Shown here: positions 1-8,640 of the stretch, in pieces
Layout: each line of letters begins with the position of its first letter
How positions within the stretch are numbered: the stretch's first letter is position 1
From: a bacterium
GTDB taxonomy: Bacteria > Patescibacteriota > Minisyncoccia > Phycocordibacterales > UBA2100
Assembly (NCBI GenBank): GCA_030674455.1
Contig: JAUSGQ010000015.1
Span: forward strand, 5,574 to 69,573
Reading direction: 5' to 3'
Length of the DNA stretch: 64,000 nt
The notes under the pieces: generated by a model
Databases searched by the model: none
What the model was told of the DNA's origin: nothing
The model's input: the letters and a program-made list of their open reading frames with translations, nothing else
Program-made: the position numbers and the translations under genes

Positions 1-1059
1 GAGGAGAATACTCTCGCGCTAACCATGCAATCCATTTTTGCGCTGCGCTATCCGCGCGACCTCCTGGAAACAATAATCGTTGACGATGGCTCAACTGATG
101 GCACACTCGCGGTCGCCAAGAAATTTGAGAGAAATGGAGTGCGTGTCCTTCAAAAGGAAAACGGCGGAAAATTCACAGCGCTGAATTTGGCTCTCGAGAA
201 CTCGGATGCAGAAATTATCGGATGCCTTGATGCGGATTCCACGGTGGGAGAAAACGCGCTTAGGCGAGCGGTTGCTGTGTTTGAGAATCCGGATATTGCA
301 GCAGTTACGCCCGGCGTTCACGTGAGAAAGCCAAAAACGGCGCTGCAACACATCCAGAATGCCGAATATGCGTTAAGCGTGTTCAATCGATTTATGTTCG
401 CCGCGCTCGGTTCTGTGTTCATCACTCCCGGCGCGTTTTCTATATATCGGGCAAAAACTATCCGGGATTTGGGCGGCTGGCGGCACGGACATTCCACAGA
501 AGACATGGAATTGGCTCTGCGCATGCAAGAAAATGGTCATAAAATCGCGAACGCCCCTACCGCCGCCGTTTTTACCGCGGCTCCGAGAACCATCGCCGGA
601 CTTTTCCACCAAAGAGTGCGGTGGACGTACGGTTTCTTGCGAAATTTGTCGGACTACAAATTTATGTTCGCTAACCGAGCATACGGCAATCTTGGATTGT
701 TCATCTTGCCGTTCGCGCTCATTTCTATCGGGACGGGAATATATTTTTTTATGCGAGTTCTTTGGTACGGGTTCGAAAATATTTATGACCTTATCGCGCG
801 GATAGAAATAACGGGAATAGCTCCGCATCCGTCATTTGATTTGTTTTACTTTAATACAAGCGCCATGCTCATGATTTCTATCGTTACGATAGCGCTCGTT
901 CTCGCTCTTATAAGCGCCGGCTCATGGCTCGGCACCGGCCGCAGAATGCCGCCGGTCGGGACGCCACTGTTTATTCTGCTCTACGGGCTTCTCGTACCTC
1001 TTTGGATAAGTACCGCTCTCTTTCGCGCTGTATTTAAAACAGGCGTGCGGTGGAGGTAA
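1..1059 (+). CDS. Family 2 glycosyltransferase (5' partial; the frame is open to the window start)
   Basis: Translation shows DDGSTDGT, DADS and QRVRW(T)YG motifs typical of GT2 (cellulose-synthase-like) enzymes, with a hydrophobic C-terminal multi-TM region. The frame continues upstream of the M at position 25 to base 1. Confidence 0.75.
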   Translation, partial: EENTLALTMQSIFALRYPRDLLETIIVDDGSTDGTLAVAKKFERNGVRVLQKENGGKFTALNLALENSDAEIIGCLDADSTVGENALRRAVAVFENPDIAAVTPGVHVRKPKTALQHIQNAEYALSVFNRFMFAALGSVFITPGAFSIYRAKTIRDLGGWRHGHSTEDMELALRMQENGHKIANAPTAAVFTAAPRTIAGLFHQRVRWTYGFLRNLSDYKFMFANRAYGNLGLFILPFALISIGTGIYFFMRVLWYGFENIYDLIARIEITGIAPHPSFDLFYFNTSAMLMISIVTIALVLALISAGSWLGTGRRMPPVGTPLFILLYGLLVPLWISTALFRAVFKTGVRWR

Positions 1060-1113
1060 GGGCTTGTCCCGCACAATCAGAGCGTAGCGAATGATTTTGT
1101 GGATGACAAACCT

Positions 1114-1191
1114 TACCCAGCACCTTTGTTTCATTGAGAAACGAAGGTGCTGGGTGTAAGATTTTCTAAACTCGTTATACTCGTTAACAAA
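1114..1191 (+). promoter_or_regulatory. Conserved hairpin (ACCCAGCACCTT...AAGGTGCTGGGT) plus conserved leader ending CTAACATG, copy 1 of 3, upstream of ORF 1199
   Basis: 13 bp perfect inverted repeat at 1114-1158 followed by TAAGATTTTCTAAACTCGTTATACTCGTTAACAAAATCTAAC-ATG. Near-identical copies in the same gene-relative orientation lie upstream of aroC (47364-47500) and trpE (52618-52694). Confidence 0.5.
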
Positions 1192-1198
1192 ATCTAAC

Positions 1199-1906
1199 AT
1201 GAACAGCCCAATCATCGGCGCGCGCGCCGCACAATTCAAGAACTACGGAATCGCGTTCGTCATCACAGCGGCGATTTTCGCGACCGCGCTGTATGCCTCC
1301 AACTATTTCAATGACCGGCGCATCGCCGAAATTCGCACGACGCAGGACAATATTTCCATAGACATTCTCTCGCTTGAAACTCAATTTGAGCTTCTTGCCG
1401 AACATTCGTGCAAAGATATTTCGGAAAATTCGGTTTTATCGAAGGAAATCCGTCCGTTGGCAGACCGTCTTTCATATCTTGAGAACCAAACTTCGGTAGA
1501 CGAGGAGGAACTGCTCCGGCTCAAGCGCTACTATTCCCTGCTTCAGATAAAAGACCTTCTACTGATGAAAAAAGTCGCTTCAAAATGCAAATTGAAATCC
1601 GTGTTCATTCTTTATTTCTATTCCAATGAAGGCGATTGCAAAGATTGCGAGAACCAAGGATACGTTTTGACTGCCCTATCCGAAAAGTACCCGCAGCTGC
1701 GCATCTATTCTTTCGACTACAATCTCGACCTCTCTGCCCTTCAAACGCTCCTCAGCATTAGCGATGTGGAAAATAAATTACCCGCGCTCTCTATCAACGA
1801 CAAGATTTATTATGGATTCAAAGGAGTGGATGATATTGAGAAAATCCTTCCGCAGCTGGCGACACTCGACAAGACAGCGACAAGTACGAAGAGCAGTTCC
1901 CGCTAG
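1199..1906 (+). CDS. Hypothetical membrane-anchored protein with a CxxC (CKDC) motif, possibly a thioredoxin-like fold
   Basis: 235 aa ORF with an N-terminal TM helix and a CKDC motif. The start codon sits in the conserved CTAACATG context. No confident family assignment. Confidence 0.45.
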   Translation: MNSPIIGARAAQFKNYGIAFVITAAIFATALYASNYFNDRRIAEIRTTQDNISIDILSLETQFELLAEHSCKDISENSVLSKEIRPLADRLSYLENQTSVDEEELLRLKRYYSLLQIKDLLLMKKVASKCKLKSVFILYFYSNEGDCKDCENQGYVLTALSEKYPQLRIYSFDYNLDLSALQTLLSISDVENKLPALSINDKIYYGFKGVDDIEKILPQLATLDKTATSTKSSSR

Positions 1907-1918
1907 CGCGCCCAACGT

Positions 1919-2368
1919 TTACTGAAACGTTATTCGAAAGTTATACATTCCCATTGAGCAGAGTCCTTGCATAGTGCCTTGGGCTTGTTCTGGGGAAATT
2001 GGGATTTCTTCCGTCCCTGTCGAACTTAAAAATTTCTGATACCGCAACTTTGGAATCACAAGACTGGCCGAGCAGTCGAATGTGCCTCTGGTGCTGACAC
2101 GAAGTAAGGTCGGCATGCCGGCTTTCGCTACTACGACGCGCGGCGAATAACCGCCCTTGGCCGAAATATCTATGAGCTGTCTGCCTCCCACAATGGAAAC
2201 CACTGATGAACTGTCGGGGCCACTTTGTCTTCCGGCAAACCAGACTGCGCCGAAGATTAGGAGCAGGCTGACGCAGATGGAAACGAGAATTGATTTGTTC
2301 ATCCCATTAGAGACATTTCGCGGTCGTGTATTATTTTGTGACGACATGGAATTTGTAACTTTATACAT
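1919..2368 (-). CDS. Hypothetical membrane-anchored secreted protein (possible cupredoxin-like domain)
   Basis: 149 aa with an N-terminal TM/signal (ILVSICVSLLLIFGAVWFAG) and Cys/Met-rich C-terminal motifs (TFDCSAS, GLCSMGMY). It is the last gene of the metal cluster. Confidence 0.4.
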   Translation of the reverse strand: MYKVTNSMSSQNNTRPRNVSNGMNKSILVSICVSLLLIFGAVWFAGRQSGPDSSSVVSIVGGRQLIDISAKGGYSPRVVVAKAGMPTLLRVSTRGTFDCSASLVIPKLRYQKFLSSTGTEEIPISPEQAQGTMQGLCSMGMYNFRITFQ

Positions 2369-2424
2369 GAAGTGAGTAATTCGATATTTTTTCGCACGAC
2401 CGCGGTCTCTAACGGGACAGGTCC

Positions 2425-3522
2425 CTAAAAATTAAAAAGTGGATTAATGATTCCGGCAGTCGCCAGTGCATTCGAAAGGTTGAGAAGCGCTAGCGCGATT
2501 ACGATGAGACCGGCTGTCTTGAAGAATATTCCTTTCCACGGCTTGTGCGCGATGTTGAGAGAGCCGAATGATAGGAGCGCCAGCATGGGAAGCGTGCCGA
2601 GAGCGAAGAATGTCATGGTGAGAGCGCCTGTCATGAAGCTGCCTGTCGAGAGCGCGTAGAGCTGCATTGATTGTGTGAATCCACACGGCAGAAAGAACGT
2701 TCCGATGCCGACGAGCACAGGGGCTAGGTAGTGATCGTGCCTGCTTCCGCGCACTACATGCCGCGAGAAAACTTTAGGGAGCGTGAACTGTAAGCGTTTT
2801 GTGAAATGGAACACGTCAAGCAGGTTAATTCCAAGAATGAGCATCACGAGAGCGACAATGACTCCAAGAACAATATTGGCCGTTAGTCCGAGATGAAGAG
2901 AATTACCGAGTATTCCCACAACGCCGCCCAAAACAAAAAAACCGGCCAATCTTCCAACATGAAATAACGATTGCGTTCTCCATGTCCCGCCTTCTTTTGC
3001 GGAACTTGCGGAAAGCGAGAGTACAAGCCCGCCCACTATCGCAAGACACGTAGAAACAGAGGCAATGAGTCCGATTACAAACGCAGTTCCATAACTCACA
3101 TCCGACGAAGTAATCAGATTGGTTAATCCGGCTTTTTGGAGTGCAAGAAATCCAACTATGATAACGAGCGCTATGGGAAATGCGTAGGCAAAATCTCCCC
3201 AGCCGGCATTCTTCTTAGCTTTTTCCAAAGAAAGCGTATAGCCGTGGCCTTTAACAAGCTTCGTCAGCTCTTCGGCTATCAACTCCGGCGCTTTGGCAAA
3301 CTCTCCCGCAATCGTTACCTGATGGCTTGCGAGCGAGGCCTCCACACGGGAAACATTCGGCAACTCCTTAAACGTCTCCTCAATGAGGAGCGTGCAGGAG
3401 GCGCAATGCATTCCGTGTACGTGAAAGGTGTAAGTCTGTTGTTGCGCTTCTGAGCCTATGAGTCCGACATCGGCACCTGTAGACGGACCGACCGATCCAT
3501 GGTCGGCATCTGTAGACGACAT
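2425..3522 (-). CDS. HMA (heavy-metal-associated) domain fused to a multi-TM DsbD_2/CcdA-like membrane domain
   Basis: GMHCASC metal-binding motif in a ferredoxin-like HMA domain, followed by about 8 TM helices with LPCGFT and STCLAIVGG motifs. The N-terminal 20 aa (MSSTDADHGSVGPSTGADVG) are encoded by a copy of the GTCTACAG palindromic element. Confidence 0.7.
   Translation of the reverse strand: MSSTDADHGSVGPSTGADVGLIGSEAQQQTYTFHVHGMHCASCTLLIEETFKELPNVSRVEASLASHQVTIAGEFAKAPELIAEELTKLVKGHGYTLSLEKAKKNAGWGDFAYAFPIALVIIVGFLALQKAGLTNLITSSDVSYGTAFVIGLIASVSTCLAIVGGLVLSLSASSAKEGGTWRTQSLFHVGRLAGFFVLGGVVGILGNSLHLGLTANIVLGVIVALVMLILGINLLDVFHFTKRLQFTLPKVFSRHVVRGSRHDHYLAPVLVGIGTFFLPCGFTQSMQLYALSTGSFMTGALTMTFFALGTLPMLALLSFGSLNIAHKPWKGIFFKTAGLIVIALALLNLSNALATAGIINPLFNF
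3470..3519 (-). repeat. In-frame copy of the GTCTACAG(A/G)TGCCGA palindromic element (doubled) encoding the HMA protein N-terminus
   Basis: On the coding strand the sequence is ATGTCGTCTACAGATGCCGACCATGGATCGGTCGGTCCGTCTACAGGTGCCGAC, which matches the intergenic element in repeats R1, R5 and R6. Confidence 0.6.
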
Positions 3523-3551
3523 AAGGCACCATCTTATCATGCCAGCATTCT

Positions 3552-3806
3552 TCACGCCTTAATTTTGTTGGACAGTATCGCGTACAAACCGACAGCCAAG
3601 TATGCAATCACATTCCAGATCACGAGACCGGTGATAAATGTCGTGAGCGTTGCGACGTTCTCGCCCACGTTTGCATTTGTGTGGAGACCGTAATACATAA
3701 ACGCTGACACGATGTTCGGAAACAAAGCTACTCCGAGATAACAAACCGCATACACGATGCTTATCCACGCCGCAGTAACCTTCAAAAGATGTTTTGTGTT
3801 TATCAT
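3552..3806 (-). CDS. Small hypothetical membrane protein (2-3 TM)
   Basis: 84 aa hydrophobic ORF in the co-directional metal cluster. Confidence 0.4.
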   Translation of the reverse strand: MINTKHLLKVTAAWISIVYAVCYLGVALFPNIVSAFMYYGLHTNANVGENVATLTTFITGLVIWNVIAYLAVGLYAILSNKIKA

Positions 3807-3864
3807 AAATATTAAATTTCATTCTAATAATAGACGCTAATAAATATCGACCTTTTTGTTGATG

Positions 3865-4347
3865 CTATTTGAGGGTCCATGTGAAATTCCTTTCGGGGAC
3901 GTCAATGTTGAGGATTTTTAGCTGTACCTGTTTCGGCACAGAAGTGCTTGTCATAAACGACAGAACGCCCTCGCGGTGGTGTCCGCCGGGAGGCGCTCCG
4001 TCCCATTTCGTGGGACGATATATCCTGTTGCTGTCGTCAACGAGAACCGCAGTTGTGAGCATGTCTTGGTCCAATGAACCGGAATGCACATCGAGTACCA
4101 CCTTGAATTTCCACACCGAGTCCGCGGCAGAAAGCTGGAATGGGGTAACCGTTACGGCGACTATTCCTTGCGAATCGGTTATTTCCTCATATCCCGCGCC
4201 CACTGAACTTTGTGCGGGCGGTTCGGGAGGAAAGCCGGAACTGGAACCAGGCTGCGGTTGACTGTTTTGTCCGTAAGCGAGAAACAGAGCAACGATAATA
4301 GCGCCTCCGATAACGAGAAGTGGTACGTTGTTTTTTGTTTTTTCCAT
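3865..4347 (-). CDS. Hypothetical secreted / membrane-anchored protein
   Basis: 160 aa with an N-terminal TM, a Gln/Pro/Ser-rich linker and a beta-rich C-terminal domain with a GGHH motif. Part of the metal cluster. Confidence 0.5.
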   Translation of the reverse strand: MEKTKNNVPLLVIGGAIIVALFLAYGQNSQPQPGSSSGFPPEPPAQSSVGAGYEEITDSQGIVAVTVTPFQLSAADSVWKFKVVLDVHSGSLDQDMLTTAVLVDDSNRIYRPTKWDGAPPGGHHREGVLSFMTSTSVPKQVQLKILNIDVPERNFTWTLK

Positions 4348-4355
4348 ATATTTTC

Positions 4356-4829
4356 TTATCTACTGATTTGCATAGCGTAAACTTTTCTTATGCTATTAAG
4401 TATGAAGGCAATCCCCGCAAGATTGAAGAGCAAGCCGACCCAGAATAATTCTACCTGATATTGCGTCACAAAGGTTACGGCTCCCGAAATACCGAGAATT
4501 GGAAGCAAATTCGCAAGATAATGAGTGCAGCACGAAATCATCGCGGCGGTAGAGGTTGTGCCGGTTACTCCCAAGACTTTCCCACTTCCTCCCCCGCCTG
4601 CGGTGAGCGGCGTCGAACTGCCGTGAACAAGATTGCGCAGATAGATAAAAAGGCCGATCTGTATTCCGAATCCAATCGCAAGAGCAACGACGAAGTACCA
4701 GAAGTCCAAGAACTGGTCGACGGTGAAACTCCAGCCGGAAACAAACGTCAGAGCAAGAAAATAGACAGCAAGCAGAATGAGAGATGCTCCGAGCCCAAAG
4801 ACGATTGATTTTGCTATTGTATTTCTCAT
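4356..4829 (-). CDS. MerT-like heavy-metal transport membrane protein (CC motif)
   Basis: 4 TM helices. ISCCTHYLANLLPILGISGA resembles the MerT signature SACCLGPLVLIALGFSGA. The upstream Arg-rich extension in the ORF track looks non-coding, so the start was taken at MRNTIAKS. Confidence 0.45.
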   Translation of the reverse strand: MRNTIAKSIVFGLGASLILLAVYFLALTFVSGWSFTVDQFLDFWYFVVALAIGFGIQIGLFIYLRNLVHGSSTPLTAGGGGSGKVLGVTGTTSTAAMISCCTHYLANLLPILGISGAVTFVTQYQVELFWVGLLFNLAGIAFILNSIRKVYAMQISR

Positions 4830-4861
4830 ATCATTCAACCATCCGAGAACTTTTACACGTT

Positions 4862-5134
4862 TCAATGGCAGCATCCGCCTTTCTCGTGGCTTTCCGTATC
4901 TGCCTGTTCGGATGCGGCGGCTTTGCTGTTTCCGTCGAAACCGCGTCCTCCATGTCCTTTCCACATCATCCAGACATGAGGCACAACGCAGACACCAAGG
5001 ATAATCAGCCACAGATATCCGGAGGAAAATAATTTCTCTCCGCCAAAAAATAGGAATCCGATAAGTAACAGACATGGGACCATCATCCAGAGCATGGCTT
5101 TGTGCCCGCCGTACTTGTTATTGTAATTGTGCAT
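4862..5134 (-). CDS. Small 2-TM membrane protein ending in ...GGCCH (putative metal-binding tail)
   Basis: 90 aa ORF in a different frame from the spurious N-terminal extension of the MerT-like ORF, with two clear TM helices and a C-terminal Cys-Cys-His. Confidence 0.4.
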   Translation of the reverse strand: MHNYNNKYGGHKAMLWMMVPCLLLIGFLFFGGEKLFSSGYLWLIILGVCVVPHVWMMWKGHGGRGFDGNSKAAASEQADTESHEKGGCCH

Positions 5135-5169
5135 AATGAATTAAATTGTGAATTAATTGCCATTCCCAA

Positions 5170-5197
5170 CGTTTTGCCTGCCCGCGCAGGCAAAACG
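5170..5197. promoter_or_regulatory. Perfect 28 bp palindrome CGTTTTGCCTGCCCGCGCAGGCAAAACG
   Basis: Read directly from the sequence. It lies between the His-rich protein gene and the small CCH protein gene and has no T tract, so it looks more like an operator than a terminator. Confidence 0.4.
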
Positions 5198-5216
5198 TCA
5201 AGTGTGCCACAATTGC

Positions 5217-6338
5217 CTAGATACCGCAGCCGCTTTGCTGGCGAGGCTGCGCAGACGCACCGCCGGCTTCTACGCCGCAGCCGCTGCCGCCTCCGCCCTG
5301 CGCGGGAGCGCTCACTTGCGATAGAATGTTCCGAAATCCTGCCGCACTTGAATAATTCACTCCTAGCATCTCGCGCGGAGAGACTTTTTTCCAATCAATT
5401 CCCTTGCCTTGCATGTATTCCGCCATGGTGAGATACGTGTCCGGGAACCAGTATGAGTTGACCTTTAGAGCATACTTGTACATATTCTCCTCGCTCATGC
5501 CTTGAGCAGCCATGAGTTCCAATAGCCCGAGCATCGCCATGCCGTGATTGCAGTCGGGGAAATGCGTGGAATTTCCGCAGCACGGCCGATAAATGTTTCG
5601 CGACACGCGGTCGACAAGTTCCTGCTGCTCTTCAGTCAACGCCACGAGCGCGTGCTTGCCGTAGTGTTCCATTGCGCCGCCTTTCGCAATTGTCCATCCG
5701 CCGGTTGAGGCAAAATTCCCGGCTCCGCCGTATGCCGGATTCATCATTTCCGTTTTGTCGCCCAGTATCGGATTTTCATTGGCAAGTCCGAATGCCCAGA
5801 GCAAATTCAAGAGATATCCGGCGTTATTTCCATCGATTGTAAGCTCACCATTGGTACGCCCTGAAAGAAGTTTTTCGTACTCGGAAGGGAACGAGCCGCC
5901 GGTTGTGGCGGCAGGCCAAGCCACGAAATCTGCTGATTCGCCTGTAGACGGACCGCGCGACTCGTAAACTTGTTTGAGCGCGACGGGGTCAATGGCACCG
6001 GCTTCAACCAGCCGCGCGCCCAAATCGCCCCACACAACCGGCAGCTTGACGCCTTTCGCCGGAAGAACCGCCTCTTCAATCGCAGAAGGACCGGAAGCAC
6101 TTCCTGTTTTTGCAAACAGATTCGCGATGCTTCCCCATTGCGAGCCGGGCATTGCGCTCGCGATAATAATTCCCGCGATAATGATACTGACCGGAGTTCC
6201 GTACTCTTGGTAAAGCGCTTTCCAGTTTACTCCTTTAGACGCGGAATGTTCCGAGTGATGATGCTGGCAGCACGAATGTGTGGCATGTTCCTGATGCGTG
6301 CCGGAATGATGTATATTATTCGACGAATGATTTTCCAT
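5217..6338 (-). CDS. His/Cys-rich membrane-anchored protein (putative metal-binding), novel
   Basis: N-terminus HHSGTHQEHATHSCCQHHHSEHS, one TM, then a large extracytoplasmic domain with CCGNSTHFPDCNHGM and a C-terminal GGGGSGCG...SGCGI. Contains an in-frame GTCTACAGG fragment (GPSTGES). Confidence 0.5.
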   Translation of the reverse strand: MENHSSNNIHHSGTHQEHATHSCCQHHHSEHSASKGVNWKALYQEYGTPVSIIIAGIIIASAMPGSQWGSIANLFAKTGSASGPSAIEEAVLPAKGVKLPVVWGDLGARLVEAGAIDPVALKQVYESRGPSTGESADFVAWPAATTGGSFPSEYEKLLSGRTNGELTIDGNNAGYLLNLLWAFGLANENPILGDKTEMMNPAYGGAGNFASTGGWTIAKGGAMEHYGKHALVALTEEQQELVDRVSRNIYRPCCGNSTHFPDCNHGMAMLGLLELMAAQGMSEENMYKYALKVNSYWFPDTYLTMAEYMQGKGIDWKKVSPREMLGVNYSSAAGFRNILSQVSAPAQGGGGSGCGVEAGGASAQPRQQSGCGI

Positions 6339-6363
6339 AGTTAAGTGATAATTAATTAATAAT

Positions 6364-6807
6364 CTAACAGCAATCTTTCATCTTCTGCTCGATTTCCGCG
6401 ACGGTTCCTTCACGCGGTTTTACTCGCGAAGACAAAAATAGGAACGATACCAGCACGAGAAATGCAAGAGCAAGAAACGCCGCCGCCCATAGCTCAGCAA
6501 GAATTCCATAAGCAGCGACGAATCCAGCCGGAATAAAGAGGATTTTAAGGAGGAGACGAGATTGCTGGGACGAGCCCGCAAGCATCTTCTCCATCTGGTA
6601 AGCGATGCCGACAACCGAACCGCCCATTAGAAGCGCCGGGATTATTAGAGTTATTTCGTAGCCCAGGAAGTGAGCGGCAAGAAGCCCTGCCCACGTGACA
6701 AACACGCCGGAACAAATCGGGCAAACCTGAACCGGCAGTATTTTGTTTGCCACCCACGTCAACCCCGTGATGATGAGGATTGAGACAACTGTGATTGTTA
6801 TGAGCAT
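6364..6807 (-). CDS. Membrane protein with CPIC (CxxC) in TM1 and a C-terminal CC
   Basis: 147 aa, 4 predicted TM helices, Cys motifs. Co-operonic with the metal cluster. Confidence 0.5.
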   Translation of the reverse strand: MLITITVVSILIITGLTWVANKILPVQVCPICSGVFVTWAGLLAAHFLGYEITLIIPALLMGGSVVGIAYQMEKMLAGSSQQSRLLLKILFIPAGFVAAYGILAELWAAAFLALAFLVLVSFLFLSSRVKPREGTVAEIEQKMKDCC

Positions 6808-6822
6808 ACTTGTTCGAGCTGA

Positions 6823-7602
6823 TCAGAATACGAGGATAAGAGTTCCCAATACTATCATGGCAATTCCGGCGATAAGGCGGACCCGGTCGATATGGTCGCG
6901 CTTCCATCCCTGCATTTTTTCTACGACTCCTTTATCCGCTGCAAACCAAAGCACCAAGACGAGCGGAACTATCAGCACGAGATTGTAGAGCAAGAGATAC
7001 CAGAATCCCGCGAAATAGGTTACCTGGTCGCGCAAGAGACCTATGACCATAAGGTATGGCCCGCCCATGCAGGGGAACTGGCAAATTCCCACAAGAAGTC
7101 CGAGGCCGAAAGCCGCTATAATGGAGGTCTTTTCCAACAGCTTCGCCATCGGTTTATGCGCTATTGCAGGCATCTTGAGCTTGAGGGGAATGTTCGGGAA
7201 GAATCTGTTCAGGAGATTGATGATGCCGAAGAGAATGAGAATTGATGCGCCAAGCTTGCCCATGAAGTGCGGCGTGTTGAAGAGGTGCAATACTTTCAAG
7301 AGTCCGAGCCCTATCAAGAGATAAGAGGCGAAAATGCCTGCAATGTATACGCCTCCTATCTGCAAGATTTTCTCCCGCGTCAACTGTAATCCGAACAGGA
7401 ATGCTATCGTGATGAGGAGAATCGAGAACGAGCATGGATGCACGCTATCGAGGAGCGAAGAGATGAGTACAAGCGGAAGAAGCCACGCGCCGCCTTGGCT
7501 TATGTTCCAGATTATCTCCGAAGTAGCCGGACTGAATTTAAGGATGAGTATCGCGAGAATGAACGTGCCAATAACGCCAGCGATGATTAGAAGCCGTTGC
7601 AT
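6823..7602 (-). CDS. Cytochrome c biogenesis CcdA / DsbD transmembrane-domain-like protein
   Basis: Multi-TM with conserved Cys in TM helices (HPCSF, CQFPC), typical of the DsbD/CcdA thiol-disulfide transporter family. Start taken at MQRLLIIAG to abut the DUF1573 gene stop. Confidence 0.6.
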   Translation of the reverse strand: MQRLLIIAGVIGTFILAILILKFSPATSEIIWNISQGGAWLLPLVLISSLLDSVHPCSFSILLITIAFLFGLQLTREKILQIGGVYIAGIFASYLLIGLGLLKVLHLFNTPHFMGKLGASILILFGIINLLNRFFPNIPLKLKMPAIAHKPMAKLLEKTSIIAAFGLGLLVGICQFPCMGGPYLMVIGLLRDQVTYFAGFWYLLLYNLVLIVPLVLVLWFAADKGVVEKMQGWKRDHIDRVRLIAGIAMIVLGTLILVF

Positions 7603-7603
7603 A

Positions 7604-8128
7604 CTAAGGTGTAACGAGTGCCTTGATATCAAGCTGAAGAACGCCGCCGGCTTCATCGGTGAGCGTCACGAACCGGTCGATTTGGCCGACGCCGGCAGGG
7701 CCGTGAGCATTGGGGTCATAGACTACGCGCACGGTTCGGCTTTCTCCCGGCTTCAACGTTTCGTTTGCGGGCGGAATGTAGCCCATGCCAGGCATTCGAA
7801 ACGGCCCTTTCACACTCCCCTCGGCAGTGAGGAGGTAGGCGGTAGTACACATGCAGGATGTGAACATGCTGCTAACTGTAATGTCTTTTTCGGTCGGATT
7901 CGTTACGCTGAATTCTTTGTACACGAGCCCATTCTTCATGGAGATAGTGCCAAAGTCGTAAAGAATTTCCGGAGCGGCAAGTTCGCTTTTTTGGCCGCCG
8001 GTCGTGGCGGCACCTGTAGACGGTCCTCCGCTTGCTTGCGCCGGCAGAGGCGCTTGATTGGTGCGGCCCCACCACATGAGGCCGAATCCGACGAGAACGA
8101 CAGCCGCGACTGTAAGTATTGTTTTCAT
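7604..8128 (-). CDS. DUF1573-like membrane-anchored protein
   Basis: N-terminal TM, Gly/Thr linker (containing in-frame GPSTGA from a GTCTACAGG fragment), then an Ig-like domain with an SCMCT motif, as in DUF1573 proteins. Confidence 0.6.
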   Translation of the reverse strand: MKTILTVAAVVLVGFGLMWWGRTNQAPLPAQASGGPSTGAATTGGQKSELAAPEILYDFGTISMKNGLVYKEFSVTNPTEKDITVSSMFTSCMCTTAYLLTAEGSVKGPFRMPGMGYIPPANETLKPGESRTVRVVYDPNAHGPAGVGQIDRFVTLTDEAGGVLQLDIKALVTP

Positions 8129-8162
8129 GTTGTTTAGGATTGATGTTCGTAATGGCAAACAC

Positions 8163-8218
8163 AAAACTCGCGTGTAAACGCGAGCGAGAGCGCAAAAAAA
8201 GCCCGGCTTTTTTTGCGC
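8163..8218 (-). terminator. Tandem hairpins (GCGCAAAAAAAGCC-CGG-GCTTTTTTTGCGC and CTCGCGTGTAAACGCGAG) followed by a T run on the minus strand
   Basis: Read from the sequence. Positioned just 3' of the 8221-8640 minus-strand gene. Confidence 0.6.
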
Positions 8219-8220
8219 TC

Positions 8221-8640
8221 TTAAAATGCGGACGGGCTATTTTCAAATAACGAGAGCCATCTTTTGGCCTCTCTATTCTGCGGAGAGGAAACGGGATGCC
8301 GCGAGTATCGTAAGAGCCCGGGCGAAAGTGCGGGCGGAGGAATCGTGAACAAGAAGAATCCGCACGCTAAGAGAAGTAGCGCAATAATAAAAATAATCGT
8401 ATTGATGACAACAGGCGCAGCCGTAAGCGATTGATATGCCGAGATATGATGAACGGCCGCCGCAACTAGATCTTGAGGGCAGAGCGGCTCTCCCATAACG
8501 GAGAACGGGCAATCGCTCTCTATGCCCGTGTCGGCGTGGGCCATTGTCGCAAAACTAAAAAATACGATTGCAAGAAGCGACACAAGCATGAACGCCGCGG
8601 CGATTCTTTTTTGCAGAGATGCATGATGTACTGTTTTCAT
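8221..8640 (-). CDS. Hypothetical membrane protein
   Basis: 139 aa with a signal/TM, a DCPF...PLCPQD motif and two further TM helices. Confidence 0.45.
   Translation of the reverse strand: MKTVHHASLQKRIAAAFMLVSLLAIVFFSFATMAHADTGIESDCPFSVMGEPLCPQDLVAAAVHHISAYQSLTAAPVVINTIIFIIALLLLACGFFLFTIPPPALSPGLLRYSRHPVSSPQNREAKRWLSLFENSPSAF

Noticed and set aside
4830-5075. Long N-terminal extension of the MerT-like ORF (MSVTYRIPIFWRREIIFLRISV...RRKQQSRRIRTGRYGKPRERR)
   Set aside because: It is Arg-rich and low-complexity, and it overlaps a much more plausible 2-TM small protein (4862-5134) in another frame. The MerT-like start was moved to MRNTIAKS.
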